Assembly: GCF_002310835.1 (NCBI RefSeq)
Contig: NZ_CP011041.1
Coordinates: forward strand, 1,620,001-1,652,000
Length of the DNA stretch: 32,000 nt
From: Pseudoalteromonas tetraodonis
GTDB taxonomy: Bacteria; Pseudomonadota; Gammaproteobacteria; Enterobacterales; Alteromonadaceae
Direction: 5' to 3'
Positions 1 to 9,521 of the stretch are shown here, piece by piece (positions within the stretch are counted from its first letter, which is position 1; each line of letters begins with the position of its first letter). A program made the position numbers and the translations under genes. Below the pieces are notes generated by a model. It was given only the letters and a program-made list of their open reading frames with translations, did no database searches and had not been told where the DNA came from.

Positions 1-38
1 CTTACTAAATTTAAAGCAATACAATTGGAGTTATTGCA

Positions 39-239
39 ATGGCTTACAAGCTAAAAAGTCACAGAGGCGCAGCTAAGCGTTTCAAAAAGACTGCTTCTGG
101 CGGTTTCAAGCGTAAACAAGCGCATCTTCGTCACATTCTGACTAAGAAAACTTCTAAGCGTAAGTTACACCTACGTCCTAAGATGATGGTTCATAAAAAT
201 GACCATGGTCTAGTTTCACGTATGTTACCATTCGCTTAA
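39..239 (+). CDS. rpmI: 50S ribosomal protein L35
   Basis: 66 aa. [11 protein letters not shown]...[16 protein letters not shown] is near-identical in pattern to E. coli L35. GGAG lies 8 nt upstream of the ATG. Confidence 0.97.
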
Positions 240-254
240 TAGGGGTTTTTAGAA

Positions 255-617
255 ATGGCAAGAGTTAAACGCGGCGTTGTCGCACGTGCACGTCACAAAA
301 AAGTTTTAAAACAAGCGAAAGGTTACTACGGAGCACGTTCACGTGTTTACCGCGTAGCTTTCCAGGCTGTTACTAAAGCGGGTCAATACGCTTACCGTGA
401 CCGCCGTGCTAAGAAACGTACTTTCCGTCAACTATGGATTGCACGTATCAATGCTGCTTCACGTCAAAATGGTCTGTCTTACAGCCGTTTTATCAATGGT
501 CTTAAAAAGACATCTGTAGAAATCGATCGTAAGATCCTTGCAGATATCGCTGTTTACGACCAAGTTGCATTCGCAGCGCTTGTAGCAAAAGCAAAAGAAG
601 GCCTAGCGGCAGCTTAA
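255..617 (+). CDS. rplT: 50S ribosomal protein L20
   Basis: 120 aa. [48 protein letters not shown] is almost identical to E. coli L20. It starts 15 nt after rpmI, the classic rpmI-rplT pair. Confidence 0.97.
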   Translation: MARVKRGVVARARHKKVLKQAKGYYGARSRVYRVAFQAVTKAGQYAYRDRRAKKRTFRQLWIARINAASRQNGLSYSRFINGLKKTSVEIDRKILADIAVYDQVAFAALVAKAKEGLAAA

Positions 618-635
618 GTTTTTGTATAAGTAATG

Positions 636-661
636 AAAAGGAGCCCATGGCTCCTTTTTTT
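636..661 (+). terminator. rho-independent terminator after rplT
   Basis: GGAGCC (640-645) / GGCTCC (649-654) stem with a 3-nt loop, flanked by an A-run and followed by T7 (655-661). Confidence 0.8.
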
Positions 662-882
662 GTGCCTGTAATTTATTATCTTTTTTATGCGCTTGTAGGC
701 TTTTTCCTTTATTTATTACCGTTGTGTGTTCGTTTTTTAGGTACTTATTAGCCCTTTTTATTCAGTAGATGTTGATAGCGTGGCTGGGCTGCAACTAAAA
801 ATGCCGTTGGCTGTATTTTTTTGTTGAACCACCGCAGTTTTGGCAACTAGAAAAGTTTAATTGCTATAATTTTTCTTAATTA

Positions 883-2721
883 ATGGGTTTGTTAGAGAAG
901 TATATGTTTATAAGTTTATTGGTTTTATCTGCAAGTATGGCAAATAGCAATCATTTACCGCCATTATTACCATGGGAAGGTAGTAGTACCTCACTATTGC
1001 AACAACAGGGACCCTTAACCACAGACTTTGAAATTTCTGCTGGAGTCTCGTCTCCCAATTATGCTAATACCATGGCATTTGTTGATAGATTAGTGGCTGC
1101 GAATCCCACTCAATTTAAATCAAAAACGATTGGCTATAGTAATAGTAAACGAGCAATAAAAATGTTGATTGCCAGCGAACAAGGTTTTTTTAATGCGGGG
1201 CAAATGGCCAATAGCACCAAACCAACCGTGCTTATTCAGGCTGGTATTCACGCTGGTGAGATTGATGGTAAAGATGCGATGTTTATGCTGCTTAGAGACA
1301 TTGCTACGGGTAAACGACGCGATATATTAAAAAAGGTAAACATTTTATTTATCCCAATATTAAACGTTGATGGTCACGAGCGTAGTAGTGCGTTTAATCG
1401 TATTAATCAGCGTGGCCCTGTCAAAATGGGTTTTAGAACAAACGCAAATAATCTTAATTTAAATCGTGATTACACTAAGCTTGATACGCCAGAGGTTAAA
1501 AGCGTCCTTCAAGTAATTAATGATTATAATCCGAATTTGTATATTGACGTACACGTGACTGATGGGGCTGATTACCAATACGATGTAACCTATGGCTATA
1601 ACCCAGTATTTGCTAGCGAGTCGCCTGCCATTTCAGATGCGCTTAACCGTTATTTTAAACCAATGATTGATCAAACCCTCACTGAGCAAGGCCATGTTCC
1701 GGGCCCTTTAGTGTTTGTTATGGATAAGCAAGAATTTAAATCAGGTTTAGCAGGTTGGGTTGCCACACCGCGGTTTTCAAACGGGTGGGGTGATTTAAAG
1801 TCATTGCCTACCATTTTAGTTGAAAACCATTCTTTAAAGCCATACAAACAACGCGTGTTAGGGACTTATGTGTTTATAGATGGTGCTATTGAAGCATTAT
1901 CAGCGCATAAAGATAAACTCGCTAATGCAGTAAAAAAAGAACAAGAATTTGTTCCTAAGCAATTAATTGTTAAGCGTGGTTATTCTGAGCAGCCTGATCA
2001 TATCGCGTTTAAAGGTATTGCTTATTCTAAAAGCCTGAGCCCATTGTCAAATCAACAAGAAGTAAGCTATTTGGGTAAAAAACAGGATTATGACAAGCTG
2101 CCTATTTTTTGGCAAAAAGAGGTGCAGCACACGGTTGAAGTACCAAAATCATTTTTTATTCCACCTGTTTACACCGATATTATTGAGAAATTAGCCCTGC
2201 ATGGGGTGTCAGTTAATAAGCTCAGTGGTGCCAACACTCAGCCATTAAAAATGGCAAAAGTAGCGCAATATAGTTTTGATAAAGCGCCATTTGAAGGGCG
2301 TTTTAGAGTGTCGGCTAGTTTTGATTATGTACCAGCTACAAATGTGGATTTAGATGGTTGGTTTGAAGTGAGTACGCAGCAAAAGGCAGGAGAGTTAGCT
2401 GTCCACTTGCTACATCCTGAAGCACCAGATTCATTTTTTGCTTGGGGAGAGTTTAATACTATTTTTCAGCGCACTGAATATATGGAAAATTATGCTTTGA
2501 TACCGTTTGCTGAAAAAATGCTTGCTGATGACCCCAAATTAGCCCAAGAATTTGATAAAAAAGTAAACCAGGATAAAGACTTTGCTAAGAACGCTGATGC
2601 ACGTTTAAATTGGTTATATGAGCATAGCCCATTTTATGATCAAGCTTATTTGAAATACCCAGTTTTAATGTCATACGAAGAGAATATAGTTATTCCAGCA
2701 CAAAAAGATAAAGAAATATAA
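883..2721 (+). CDS. secreted zinc carboxypeptidase, peptidase family M14
   Basis: 612-aa ORF. HxxE zinc motif in QAGIHAGEIDGKD, followed by NRDY and HVTDG segments typical of M14. The signal-peptide-like MFISLLVLSASMA begins at Met8, so the true start may be 904. Confidence 0.8.
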   Translation: MGLLEKYMFISLLVLSASMANSNHLPPLLPWEGSSTSLLQQQGPLTTDFEISAGVSSPNYANTMAFVDRLVAANPTQFKSKTIGYSNSKRAIKMLIASEQGFFNAGQMANSTKPTVLIQAGIHAGEIDGKDAMFMLLRDIATGKRRDILKKVNILFIPILNVDGHERSSAFNRINQRGPVKMGFRTNANNLNLNRDYTKLDTPEVKSVLQVINDYNPNLYIDVHVTDGADYQYDVTYGYNPVFASESPAISDALNRYFKPMIDQTLTEQGHVPGPLVFVMDKQEFKSGLAGWVATPRFSNGWGDLKSLPTILVENHSLKPYKQRVLGTYVFIDGAIEALSAHKDKLANAVKKEQEFVPKQLIVKRGYSEQPDHIAFKGIAYSKSLSPLSNQQEVSYLGKKQDYDKLPIFWQKEVQHTVEVPKSFFIPPVYTDIIEKLALHGVSVNKLSGANTQPLKMAKVAQYSFDKAPFEGRFRVSASFDYVPATNVDLDGWFEVSTQQKAGELAVHLLHPEAPDSFFAWGEFNTIFQRTEYMENYALIPFAEKMLADDPKLAQEFDKKVNQDKDFAKNADARLNWLYEHSPFYDQAYLKYPVLMSYEENIVIPAQKDKEI

Positions 2722-2722
2722 G

Positions 2723-3364
2723 ATGAAAATAATCACTATTCCCGTAACCCCGTTTATGCAAAATTGCCGCATTATAGTATGTGAACAAACCCAGCAAGCT
2801 GTCGCGGTCGACCCTGGCGGTGATGCTGAAAAAATTAATGCATCACTTAAGCAGCATAATTTATCATTAGCAGCGATTTGGTTAACCCATGGGCATTTAG
2901 ATCATGTAGGCGCTGCGCATAATTTACGCGAGCAACACAAGGTAAAGATGATTGGGCCTCATGAGAATGAACGTTTTTGGTTCGACAATTTACCGATGCA
3001 AGCCACTATGTTTGGCTTTAAACCGATCAACTCCTTCTATCCTGATGAATGGTTAGCCCATGGTGATAGTATCAAGGTTGGGCAGCTTGAATTTAAAGTA
3101 CTTCATTGCCCAGGGCATGCGCCAGGGCATGTTGTGTTTTATCAACAAGCACACAATACGGTTATCGTCGGGGATGTTATTTTCAAAGGTTCAATAGGGC
3201 GTACCGACTTTCCTAAAGGCGACAGCAAGCAGCTAATCGAATCTATAATGCAACATATCATGACATTACCACCGAACACTGCAATTTTAAGTGGCCATGG
3301 TGACAACACCCATGTTGCTCATGAACAGGCTACTAACCCATTTGTAAGTGGCCAGTTTGGTTGA
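2723..3364 (+). CDS. ycbL: MBL-fold hydrolase, YcbL/GloC-type (glyoxalase II-like)
   Basis: 213 aa. HxHxDH motif (THGHLDHVGA), HCPGHAPGHVVF and GDVIFKGSIGRTDFP are colinear with E. coli YcbL as I recall it. The ATG is 1 nt after the peptidase stop. Confidence 0.75.
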   Translation: MKIITIPVTPFMQNCRIIVCEQTQQAVAVDPGGDAEKINASLKQHNLSLAAIWLTHGHLDHVGAAHNLREQHKVKMIGPHENERFWFDNLPMQATMFGFKPINSFYPDEWLAHGDSIKVGQLEFKVLHCPGHAPGHVVFYQQAHNTVIVGDVIFKGSIGRTDFPKGDSKQLIESIMQHIMTLPPNTAILSGHGDNTHVAHEQATNPFVSGQFG

Positions 3365-3448
3365 TGTGCATATTTGTTAAAAATAAGCAGACTGCTTTTT
3401 AAAAAGGCTGTATAATTTAACCAATTTATTAGATAAATAAGAAATAAA

Positions 3449-3907
3449 ATGTCTCTAAATCACGTAGATCGCCAAATATTGGCACTTTTACAACAAGATG
3501 CAAGTTTATCAACTGCTGAGATTGCAGACAAAGTCGGACTTTCTCAGTCTCCTTGTTGGCGTCGTATTGCTAAATTAGAACAAGATGGCTACATCAAAAG
3601 TAAAGTCGCATTGCTTGATGAAAAAAAGCTGGGCTTTGATATGTTGGTTTACGCCCATGTACGTTTATCAAACCATGGTAAAAAGAATTTAGCTGAGTTT
3701 GAAAAATTAATACTTAGCTATGATGAAGTGACTGAATGTTACACCATGGCTGGCACTATGGACTTTATGTTGCGTATTATTTCTCAAGGCATAGAAGGTT
3801 ATGAGCACTTTGTACGCGATAACTTGCTTAGCTTAGAATATGTACAAGAGGTTCATTCTAATGTGACCATGACGTGTGTTAAACGAAGCACGGCACTGCC
3901 ACTTTAA
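3449..3907 (+). CDS. Lrp/AsnC family transcriptional regulator
   Basis: 152 aa. N-terminal wHTH (DRQILALLQQDASLSTAEIADKVGLSQSPCWRRIAKLEQDGYI) plus a C-terminal AsnC-type ligand domain. It resembles E. coli YbaO/DecR-type members. Confidence 0.85.
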   Translation: MSLNHVDRQILALLQQDASLSTAEIADKVGLSQSPCWRRIAKLEQDGYIKSKVALLDEKKLGFDMLVYAHVRLSNHGKKNLAEFEKLILSYDEVTECYTMAGTMDFMLRIISQGIEGYEHFVRDNLLSLEYVQEVHSNVTMTCVKRSTALPL

Positions 3908-3961
3908 ACTTTACTAAGCAGCTAAAAACACACAGGCTGAATTAACTATAATTGTGAAATG

Positions 3962-3994
3962 AGCGCTAATTTGATAAAATCTAGCGCTTTTTTT
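3962..3994 (+). terminator. rho-independent terminator after the Lrp-family gene
   Basis: AGCGCTA (3962-3968) / TAGCGCT (3982-3988) stem with a 13-nt loop, then T7. It lies inside the N-terminal extension of the ORF-track SulP ORF. Confidence 0.6.
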
Positions 3995-4021
3995 GTTAGC
4001 GAAATAAAACTGAGGAACTCA

Positions 4022-5578
4022 ATGTTTAACTTACTCAGCAGAGCGCCAAGCTCTGCTAAAAACGATATTCTCTCTGGATTGACAGTGGCACTTGCCTTGA
4101 TCCCAGAAGCTGTTGCATTTGCCTTTGTTGCAAATGTAGAACCTCTTGTTGGTTTATACGCCGCATTTATTGTGGGCTTAATTACGGCTATTTTTGGTGG
4201 TCGTCCGGGTATGATTTCGGGTGCAACCGGTGCATTAGCGGTTGTGATGGTAAGTTTAGTACTTGATCACGGAGTGGAATACCTATTTGCCACTGTGTTG
4301 CTGATGGGACTACTACAAATATTGGCTGGGGTATTTAAGCTCGGTAAATTTATTCGTATGGTTCCGCATCCTGTTATGCTCGGTTTCGTTAACGGTTTAG
4401 CGATTGTTATATTTTTAGCCCAGCTTGGACAGTTTAAAGTGCCTGATGGTGCTGGCGGCCAAATGTGGATGACGGGCAGTGCGCTTTACATCATGTTAGG
4501 TTTAGTGGCGCTAACGATGGCAATTATTCACTTTTTACCAAAATTAACTACCGCGGTGCCTTCATCACTGGTTGCTATTGTTACTGTAACGGGTTTAGTG
4601 ATTGGTCTTGATTTAGAAGCACGTACGGTACTTGATTTCTTAAAAGGCATGACAGGAAATGAAGCTGCAACCATTGCCGGTGGCTTACCACAGTTTCATA
4701 TTCCTATGGTCCCTTTTAACCTAGAAACACTACAAATTATCTTTCCATATGCGCTTATTCTTGCAGCAATTGGCTTAATTGAATCGCTGTTAACGCTAAG
4801 CTTGATTGACGAAATTACAGAAACCCGTGGCCATTCTAATAAAGAATGTATTGGCCAAGGTGCGGCCAATGTCACATGTGGTTTCTTTGGTGCAATGGGT
4901 GGCTGTGCCATGATTGGCCAATCTATGATCAACATTAATTCAGGTGGACGTTCGCGTTTATCAGGTATTAGTGCCGCATTGATGTTACTTGCATTTATTA
5001 TCTTCGCTTCAAGCTTAATCGAAATGATTCCACTGGCGGCATTAGTTGGGGTTATGTTTATGGTGGTGCTGGGTACGTTTGAATGGGCGAGTTTCAAAAT
5101 GATGAAACGCGTCCCTTTATCTGATGCTTTTGTAATTGTATTAGTTTCGGGTGTAACGGTTATTACCGACCTTGCGATTGCGGTGTGTGTAGGTGTTATT
5201 GTCTCTGCGTTAGTGTTTGCATGGCAGCATGCAAAACATATTTACACAACTAACTATATTGATAAAGAAGGTTCAAAAGTGTACGAGCTACATGGGCCTT
5301 TATTTTTTGGTTCGGTTAAAAACTTTGCTGATTTATTTGATGTTAAGAATGACCCTAAAGATGTGATTGTTGAGTTTAAATACAGTCGCGTTGCGGATCA
5401 TAGTGCGATTGAGGCCATCGACAGCTTAGCTGACAAATACAATAAAGCGGGTAAAAAGCTGCACTTGCGTCACTTAAGTAAAGACTGTACTGAACTACTT
5501 CATAAAGCACGTGACTTAGTTGAAGTGAACGTAATTGAAGATCCGACTTATAAAGTTGCTTCAGATAAGCTTGCTTAA
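4022..5578 (+). CDS. SulP family anion transporter with C-terminal STAS domain
   Basis: The ORF track starts at 3959, but that extension covers a terminator hairpin. The ATG at 4022 has GAGGA upstream. The protein has a multi-TM SulP core and a C-terminal STAS-like segment ([12 protein letters not shown]...[20 protein letters not shown]). Confidence 0.85.
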   Translation: MFNLLSRAPSSAKNDILSGLTVALALIPEAVAFAFVANVEPLVGLYAAFIVGLITAIFGGRPGMISGATGALAVVMVSLVLDHGVEYLFATVLLMGLLQILAGVFKLGKFIRMVPHPVMLGFVNGLAIVIFLAQLGQFKVPDGAGGQMWMTGSALYIMLGLVALTMAIIHFLPKLTTAVPSSLVAIVTVTGLVIGLDLEARTVLDFLKGMTGNEAATIAGGLPQFHIPMVPFNLETLQIIFPYALILAAIGLIESLLTLSLIDEITETRGHSNKECIGQGAANVTCGFFGAMGGCAMIGQSMININSGGRSRLSGISAALMLLAFIIFASSLIEMIPLAALVGVMFMVVLGTFEWASFKMMKRVPLSDAFVIVLVSGVTVITDLAIAVCVGVIVSALVFAWQHAKHIYTTNYIDKEGSKVYELHGPLFFGSVKNFADLFDVKNDPKDVIVEFKYSRVADHSAIEAIDSLADKYNKAGKKLHLRHLSKDCTELLHKARDLVEVNVIEDPTYKVASDKLA

Positions 5579-5600
5579 AAAATAAAAGTAAACATTGATA

Positions 5601-5630
5601 AGCGAAAGGTGGATGCCTTTCGCTTTTTTT
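5601..5630 (+). terminator. rho-independent terminator after the SulP gene
   Basis: AGCGAAAGG (5601-5609) / CCTTTCGCT (5616-5624) 9-bp stem with a 6-nt loop, then T7. Confidence 0.8.
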
Positions 5631-5836
5631 ATGCGTTTTAAACCATCCGCAAGGGGTAATTGCAACACGAGTTTTAATTTGTTTAACGTAACAACTAAAC
5701 CAGAACTGAGCATCCATCCAGTGTTTATTTAATTTATTGTTTGCGATAGGGCTATTAAAAAGTAAGACAGTTGGTAGTGCTATACCTGACGATAAATCGA
5801 TATAATAGTGACAAATTTACAAGGTAATAATTAATT

Positions 5837-6910
5837 TTGAATTGGCAGTCTTTAATTGATAACAGACAACGTTTTTTCTGGCTTTTGCAAATTGCAGGCT
5901 GGATAGGTTATGCGTTAGTTAACTATATTGGTTCTAAAGTATTCGAAATGCGTGATATTTACGTATTCGTTATTTTACTAAACGCCTATGCGGGCTGTTT
6001 AATGACTGTGCCTCTGCGTTATATTTATCGCAAAATTTGGAATGCCTCACCTTGGGTATTAATTATTGTTGTATTTGGCGCCTCTTATATAACCGGTACA
6101 TTATGGGCCGTGGTGCAAAAGTTTAACCTGTGGGAAATTTATCGCCACGGATACCGTCCTGAAGAATGGTTTTATTATTTACAACAAGGACTTGATTCTG
6201 TTTATATTATTTTGTGTTGGAGTGGTTTGTACTTTGGTGTTAAGTATTACCAGTTATTACAAAGTGAACGTCAAAAAGCCTTAAAAGCAACCACAATGGC
6301 GCACGAAGCGCAGTTAAAAATGCTTAGATACCAGCTAAATCCTCATTTTTTGTTTAATACGCTCAATGCAATATCAACCTTAGTTTTGGTAAAAGAAAAT
6401 AAAGATGCTAACTTGATGGTATCTAAATTGAGTGACTTTTTACGCTATACGCTTAATACTGATCCAATTAAAAAAGTGCCGCTGGAGCAAGAGTTACATG
6501 CATTAATGCTCTATTTAGAAATTGAACGTGTACGTTTTGATGAGCGCTTACAAGTTAATGTGGACGTGAGTGAGCAGGCCAAACAAGCGCTAGTGCCAAG
6601 CTTAATATTACAACCGATCATCGAAAATGCCATTAAGTACGCCATTGCCCATATGTCAGAAGGTGGTGTTATTGATATAAAAGCGCAAGTTTTTGCTAAT
6701 GAATTATTACTTGAAGTGGGCGATAATGGGCCTGGCACTGATATTGAAAATGGTCAGTTAGTTAATGCACAAGGCGTAGGGGTGGCAAACACCCGAGACA
6801 GATTAAAAACGCTCTACGAAAATAATTACTCGTTTGTATTATCACATAATACGCCAAGTGGGTTAAAAGTTAATCTGCGAGTCCCGTTTGAGAAGGCTGT
6901 GAAGAAATGA
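5837..6910 (+). CDS. LytS/YehU-family (AlgZ/FimS-like) sensor histidine kinase
   Basis: 357 aa with a TTG start (the first in-frame ATG is at codon 38). About 4 N-terminal TM helices, the His_kinase motif QLNPHFLFNTLNAI, and HATPase_c boxes (ILQPIIENAIKYA, DNGPG, GVGVANTRDRL). Confidence 0.8.
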   Translation: MNWQSLIDNRQRFFWLLQIAGWIGYALVNYIGSKVFEMRDIYVFVILLNAYAGCLMTVPLRYIYRKIWNASPWVLIIVVFGASYITGTLWAVVQKFNLWEIYRHGYRPEEWFYYLQQGLDSVYIILCWSGLYFGVKYYQLLQSERQKALKATTMAHEAQLKMLRYQLNPHFLFNTLNAISTLVLVKENKDANLMVSKLSDFLRYTLNTDPIKKVPLEQELHALMLYLEIERVRFDERLQVNVDVSEQAKQALVPSLILQPIIENAIKYAIAHMSEGGVIDIKAQVFANELLLEVGDNGPGTDIENGQLVNAQGVGVANTRDRLKTLYENNYSFVLSHNTPSGLKVNLRVPFEKAVKK

Positions 6911-7731
6911 CAAGAATAAAAACGCTTATTGTTGATGATGAACCATTAGCACGTAAAGGTTTAGCCGTCAGGCTTGAAGAGTTTTCTGATATTGAAGTGA
7001 TCAAACTGTGTAGCTCAGGTTTTGATGCGATTGAAAGTTGTAAAAACGAAAAAATTGATCTTGTCTTTCTTGATATTCAAATGCCTGGTATGAACGGTTT
7101 TGAAGTCGCACGTGCTTTAAGTGAAAGCAGTAAAGATTTACCTGCCATTGTGTTTGTTACGGCGTTTGATCACTTTGCTGTTAAAGCATTTGAAATTCAT
7201 GCTTTAGATTACATTTTAAAACCCGTTGATGATAACAGATTAAAACAGGCGGTAGAAAAAGTGCATACCTATTTAAAAACTCAGCAGGATAACGCCCATA
7301 AGAAAAAACTAGCGAGTTTCGTAGCAGGGATAACAGGCAATAACTGCGAAGAAATTTTAAAGAAATTAGCCACAGGCGATACCCTTACAGATCGTCGTTA
7401 TCCTGAGTCATTGGCCGTAAAAGAGCAGGGCGAAATTGTCAGAGTACCCGTTGCTACAATACAGTGGGTAGATGCGGCAGGTGATTACATGTGTCTGCAT
7501 TGCCAAGATGGGCAAACGCATATATTACGTAAAACCATGAAAGAGCTTGAACAAGAATTGGATCCAAGCTTATTTGTACGTGTTCATCGCAGCGCGATTG
7601 TTAACACCAAACAAATTAGCAAGCTGGTAACTCAGGTTAGTGGTGAATATTTATTAGTGTTAGATAACGGACAAGAGCTTAAAGTAAGTAGAAGTTACCG
7701 TGATAAAGTAAAAGCAGCATTAGCTAGCTAA
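6907..7731 (+). CDS. LytTR-family response regulator (AlgR/BtsR-like)
   Basis: 274 aa with a 4-nt ATGA overlap with the kinase gene. Receiver domain (VDDEPLA...DLVFLDIQMPGMNG) and a C-terminal LytTR domain (FVRVHRSAIVN). Confidence 0.9.
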   Translation: MTRIKTLIVDDEPLARKGLAVRLEEFSDIEVIKLCSSGFDAIESCKNEKIDLVFLDIQMPGMNGFEVARALSESSKDLPAIVFVTAFDHFAVKAFEIHALDYILKPVDDNRLKQAVEKVHTYLKTQQDNAHKKKLASFVAGITGNNCEEILKKLATGDTLTDRRYPESLAVKEQGEIVRVPVATIQWVDAAGDYMCLHCQDGQTHILRKTMKELEQELDPSLFVRVHRSAIVNTKQISKLVTQVSGEYLLVLDNGQELKVSRSYRDKVKAALAS

Positions 7732-7747
7732 CTTTAATAAATAGCAT

Positions 7748-7778
7748 AAAAAACGCGAGCTTTTAGCTCGCGTTTTTT
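7748..7778. terminator. bidirectional terminator between the response regulator gene and pykA
   Basis: CGCGAGC (7754-7760) / GCTCGCG (7766-7772) stem, flanked by A6 upstream and T6 downstream. It sits between convergent genes. Confidence 0.8.
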
Positions 7779-7791
7779 ATGCGCGTTACAG

Positions 7792-9228
7792 TTACGAAAC
7801 TGTGACTATTTTCATCGTGTTGGTTGCACCAATCGTTTCCATCGCATCACCGTGGGTAATAATCACGGTATCGCCTGCTTGTAATGAGCCTGCGGCTACG
7901 AGTGTGCTTAGTGCATCTTTAACCATGCTATCTTTTTCACATTTTGTAGAGTCAAAAAATACAGGGTAAACACCACGATACAGCGCTGTTTGACCTAATG
8001 TACTTGCATGACGTGAAAGTGAATAAATAGGCAGTCCAGAGCTAATACGCGACATCAATTTTGCCGTGCTACCTGACTCAGTCAAGGTGATAATCGCTTT
8101 AACAGAGTCTAAGTGGTTAGCTGCATACATAGCTGATAAGGCAATTGATTCGGCATTAGAAGAAAAACGGCTGTCTAAACGATGTTTAGAAACGTGTGTT
8201 TCTTTTTGTGATTCAGCACCTAGACAAACACGCGCCATAGTAGCAACGGTTTCTTCCGGGTAATCACCAGCGGCTGTTTCAGCAGAAAGCATCACTGCAT
8301 CTGTGCCATCAAGTACTGCATTGGCAACATCCATAACTTCTGCACGTGTTGGCATAGGGTTATCGATCATCGATTCCATCATCTGCGTAGCGGTTACAAC
8401 GGTACGGTTCAATGAACGAGCACGACGAATAATGAGTTTTTGTTTACCCATTAGTGCAGCATCACCAATTTCAACACCTAAGTCGCCACGGGCAACCATA
8501 ACAGCGTCAGACGCTAAAATAATGTCATCAACTGCCTCTTGTGTTTCTACTGCTTCAGCACGCTCAATTTTAGCTAAAAGCTGTGCATTAGAGCCTGCAG
8601 CTTCCGCAAGTGAACGCACATAACGCATATCATCGCCACTGCGAGGAAAAGAAACCGCAATGTAATCAACGCCAATTTCAGCAGCAGTGATTAAATCTTC
8701 CTTATCTTTTTCCGTAAATGCAGGTGCCGTTAAGCCTCCACCTAAACGGTTAATCCCTTTATTATTAGAAAGTACGCCGCCAACAGTCACAATGGTATGA
8801 ACTAAGTGACCTTCAACACTTTCTACGGTGAGTTGAATTAAGCCATCGTTTAATAGCAATAAATCACCAGGGGCAACATCTTGTGGTAGCTCTTTGTAGT
8901 CAATACCGACGGCGTTAATATCGCCTTGGCCTTTTTCCATTTTGGCATCAAGAATAAATTTTGCACCAACAGATAAGGTCACTTTGCCTTCTTTGAAGGT
9001 TGAAACGCGAATTTTTGGGCCTTGTAAGTCAGCGAGAATCGCGATGTGCTTACCAAGTTTAGTTGCAATATCTCGAACAGCTTGTGCACGGTCTTTATGA
9101 TCTTGTGCAACACCGTGTGAGAAATTTAATCGAACGACATTTGCGCCTGCACGAATAATTTTTTCTAAGTTATTATCTCTATCTGTTGCAGGTCCAAGTG
9201 TCGCGACTATTTTTGTACGTCTTAACAT
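7792..9228 (-). CDS. pykA: pyruvate kinase II
   Basis: Homology to E. coli PykA starts at [25 protein letters not shown]. The ATG at 9228 is preceded by AGGAGAA. The 30-codon N-terminal extension in the ORF track (to 9318) is judged spurious. Confidence 0.92.
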   Translation of the reverse strand: MLRRTKIVATLGPATDRDNNLEKIIRAGANVVRLNFSHGVAQDHKDRAQAVRDIATKLGKHIAILADLQGPKIRVSTFKEGKVTLSVGAKFILDAKMEKGQGDINAVGIDYKELPQDVAPGDLLLLNDGLIQLTVESVEGHLVHTIVTVGGVLSNNKGINRLGGGLTAPAFTEKDKEDLITAAEIGVDYIAVSFPRSGDDMRYVRSLAEAAGSNAQLLAKIERAEAVETQEAVDDIILASDAVMVARGDLGVEIGDAALMGKQKLIIRRARSLNRTVVTATQMMESMIDNPMPTRAEVMDVANAVLDGTDAVMLSAETAAGDYPEETVATMARVCLGAESQKETHVSKHRLDSRFSSNAESIALSAMYAANHLDSVKAIITLTESGSTAKLMSRISSGLPIYSLSRHASTLGQTALYRGVYPVFFDSTKCEKDSMVKDALSTLVAAGSLQAGDTVIITHGDAMETIGATNTMKIVTVS

Positions 9229-9367
9229 TAAATTCTCCTGTGTGCTTTTTTTAAGCAAGTTGACGGTTATTTTGTTTTTAGCGATTACTAATAAAGAGCA
9301 ATCTTTAGTTTTATGCAATTTTTATAACATTGCGACTATTATATACAAAATGAATATGTCATCATTA

Positions 9368-9381
9368 TGACACCGGTGTCA
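9368..9381. promoter_or_regulatory. perfect 14-bp palindrome TGACACCGGTGTCA (candidate operator)
   Basis: Read directly from the sequence. It lies in the divergent pykA-gnd intergenic region, 140 nt upstream of the pykA ATG. The central CCGG and TG..CA ends resemble LacI-family operators. The regulator is unknown. Confidence 0.4.
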
Positions 9382-9406
9382 CAGGGCGTCAATGATCTAA
9401 AAATTT

Positions 9407-9423
9407 AAATAGCACTGCTATTT
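9407..9423. promoter_or_regulatory. perfect 8-1-8 inverted repeat AAATAGCA-C-TGCTATTT (candidate operator)
   Basis: Read directly from the sequence. It is in the same intergenic region, 26 nt from the first palindrome. The spacer is too short for a stable hairpin, so a dimeric protein site is more likely. Confidence 0.35.
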
Positions 9424-9493
9424 CTTCCCCTGAGAGGGCGGTTGTTTGATATAATTGCGGCGTTTATTTTAGCTGTAATAAATGCATGTAGCT

Positions 9494-9521
9494 TTGCTCA
9501 TGGCTGCGGTCTGAGTATAAT
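9494..9521 (+). promoter_or_regulatory. candidate sigma70 promoter for gnd
   Basis: TTGCTC (9494-9499), 16-nt spacer, TATAAT (9516-9521). A second extended -10, TGATATAAT, lies at 9447-9455. By-eye match only. Confidence 0.35.

Noticed and set aside
4696-5097. 133-aa antisense ORF inside the SulP gene. The same class includes 6511-6738, 8066-8263, 8303-8623, 9820-10002, 10234-10494, 11191-11469, 12222-12407, 12839-13129, 14773-15165, 15976-16158, 16887-17075, 19672-19914, 20808-20999, 23520-23705, 28389-28811, 29988-30209, 30892-31116 and 31548-31808.
   Set aside because: All lie fully inside strongly homologous genes, on the opposite strand or in another frame. They have low-complexity Ser/Ala/Thr/Ile-rich translations and no RBS. 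They are typical shadow ORFs.
5376-5717. 113-aa minus-strand ORF spanning the SulP 3' end and terminator.
   Set aside because: It overlaps the conserved STAS domain coding region and reads through a strong terminator hairpin. It has no RBS.
5672-5745. Possible LytTR-type direct repeats (TTAATTTGTTTAACG and TTAATTTATTGTTTGCG) upstream of the kinase gene.
   Set aside because: These are AT-rich, low-complexity matches about 55 nt apart. They do not show the 12-13 nt spacing typical of LytTR sites and are indistinguishable from chance.
9229-9318. N-terminal extensions in the ORF track: pykA (to 9318), ubiG (29647-29742), SulP (3959-4021) and nrdB (GTG at 25497).
   Set aside because: Homology to the E. 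coli orthologues begins at internal ATGs that have good Shine-Dalgarno sequences. The SulP extension also covers a terminator hairpin. Starts were trimmed accordingly.
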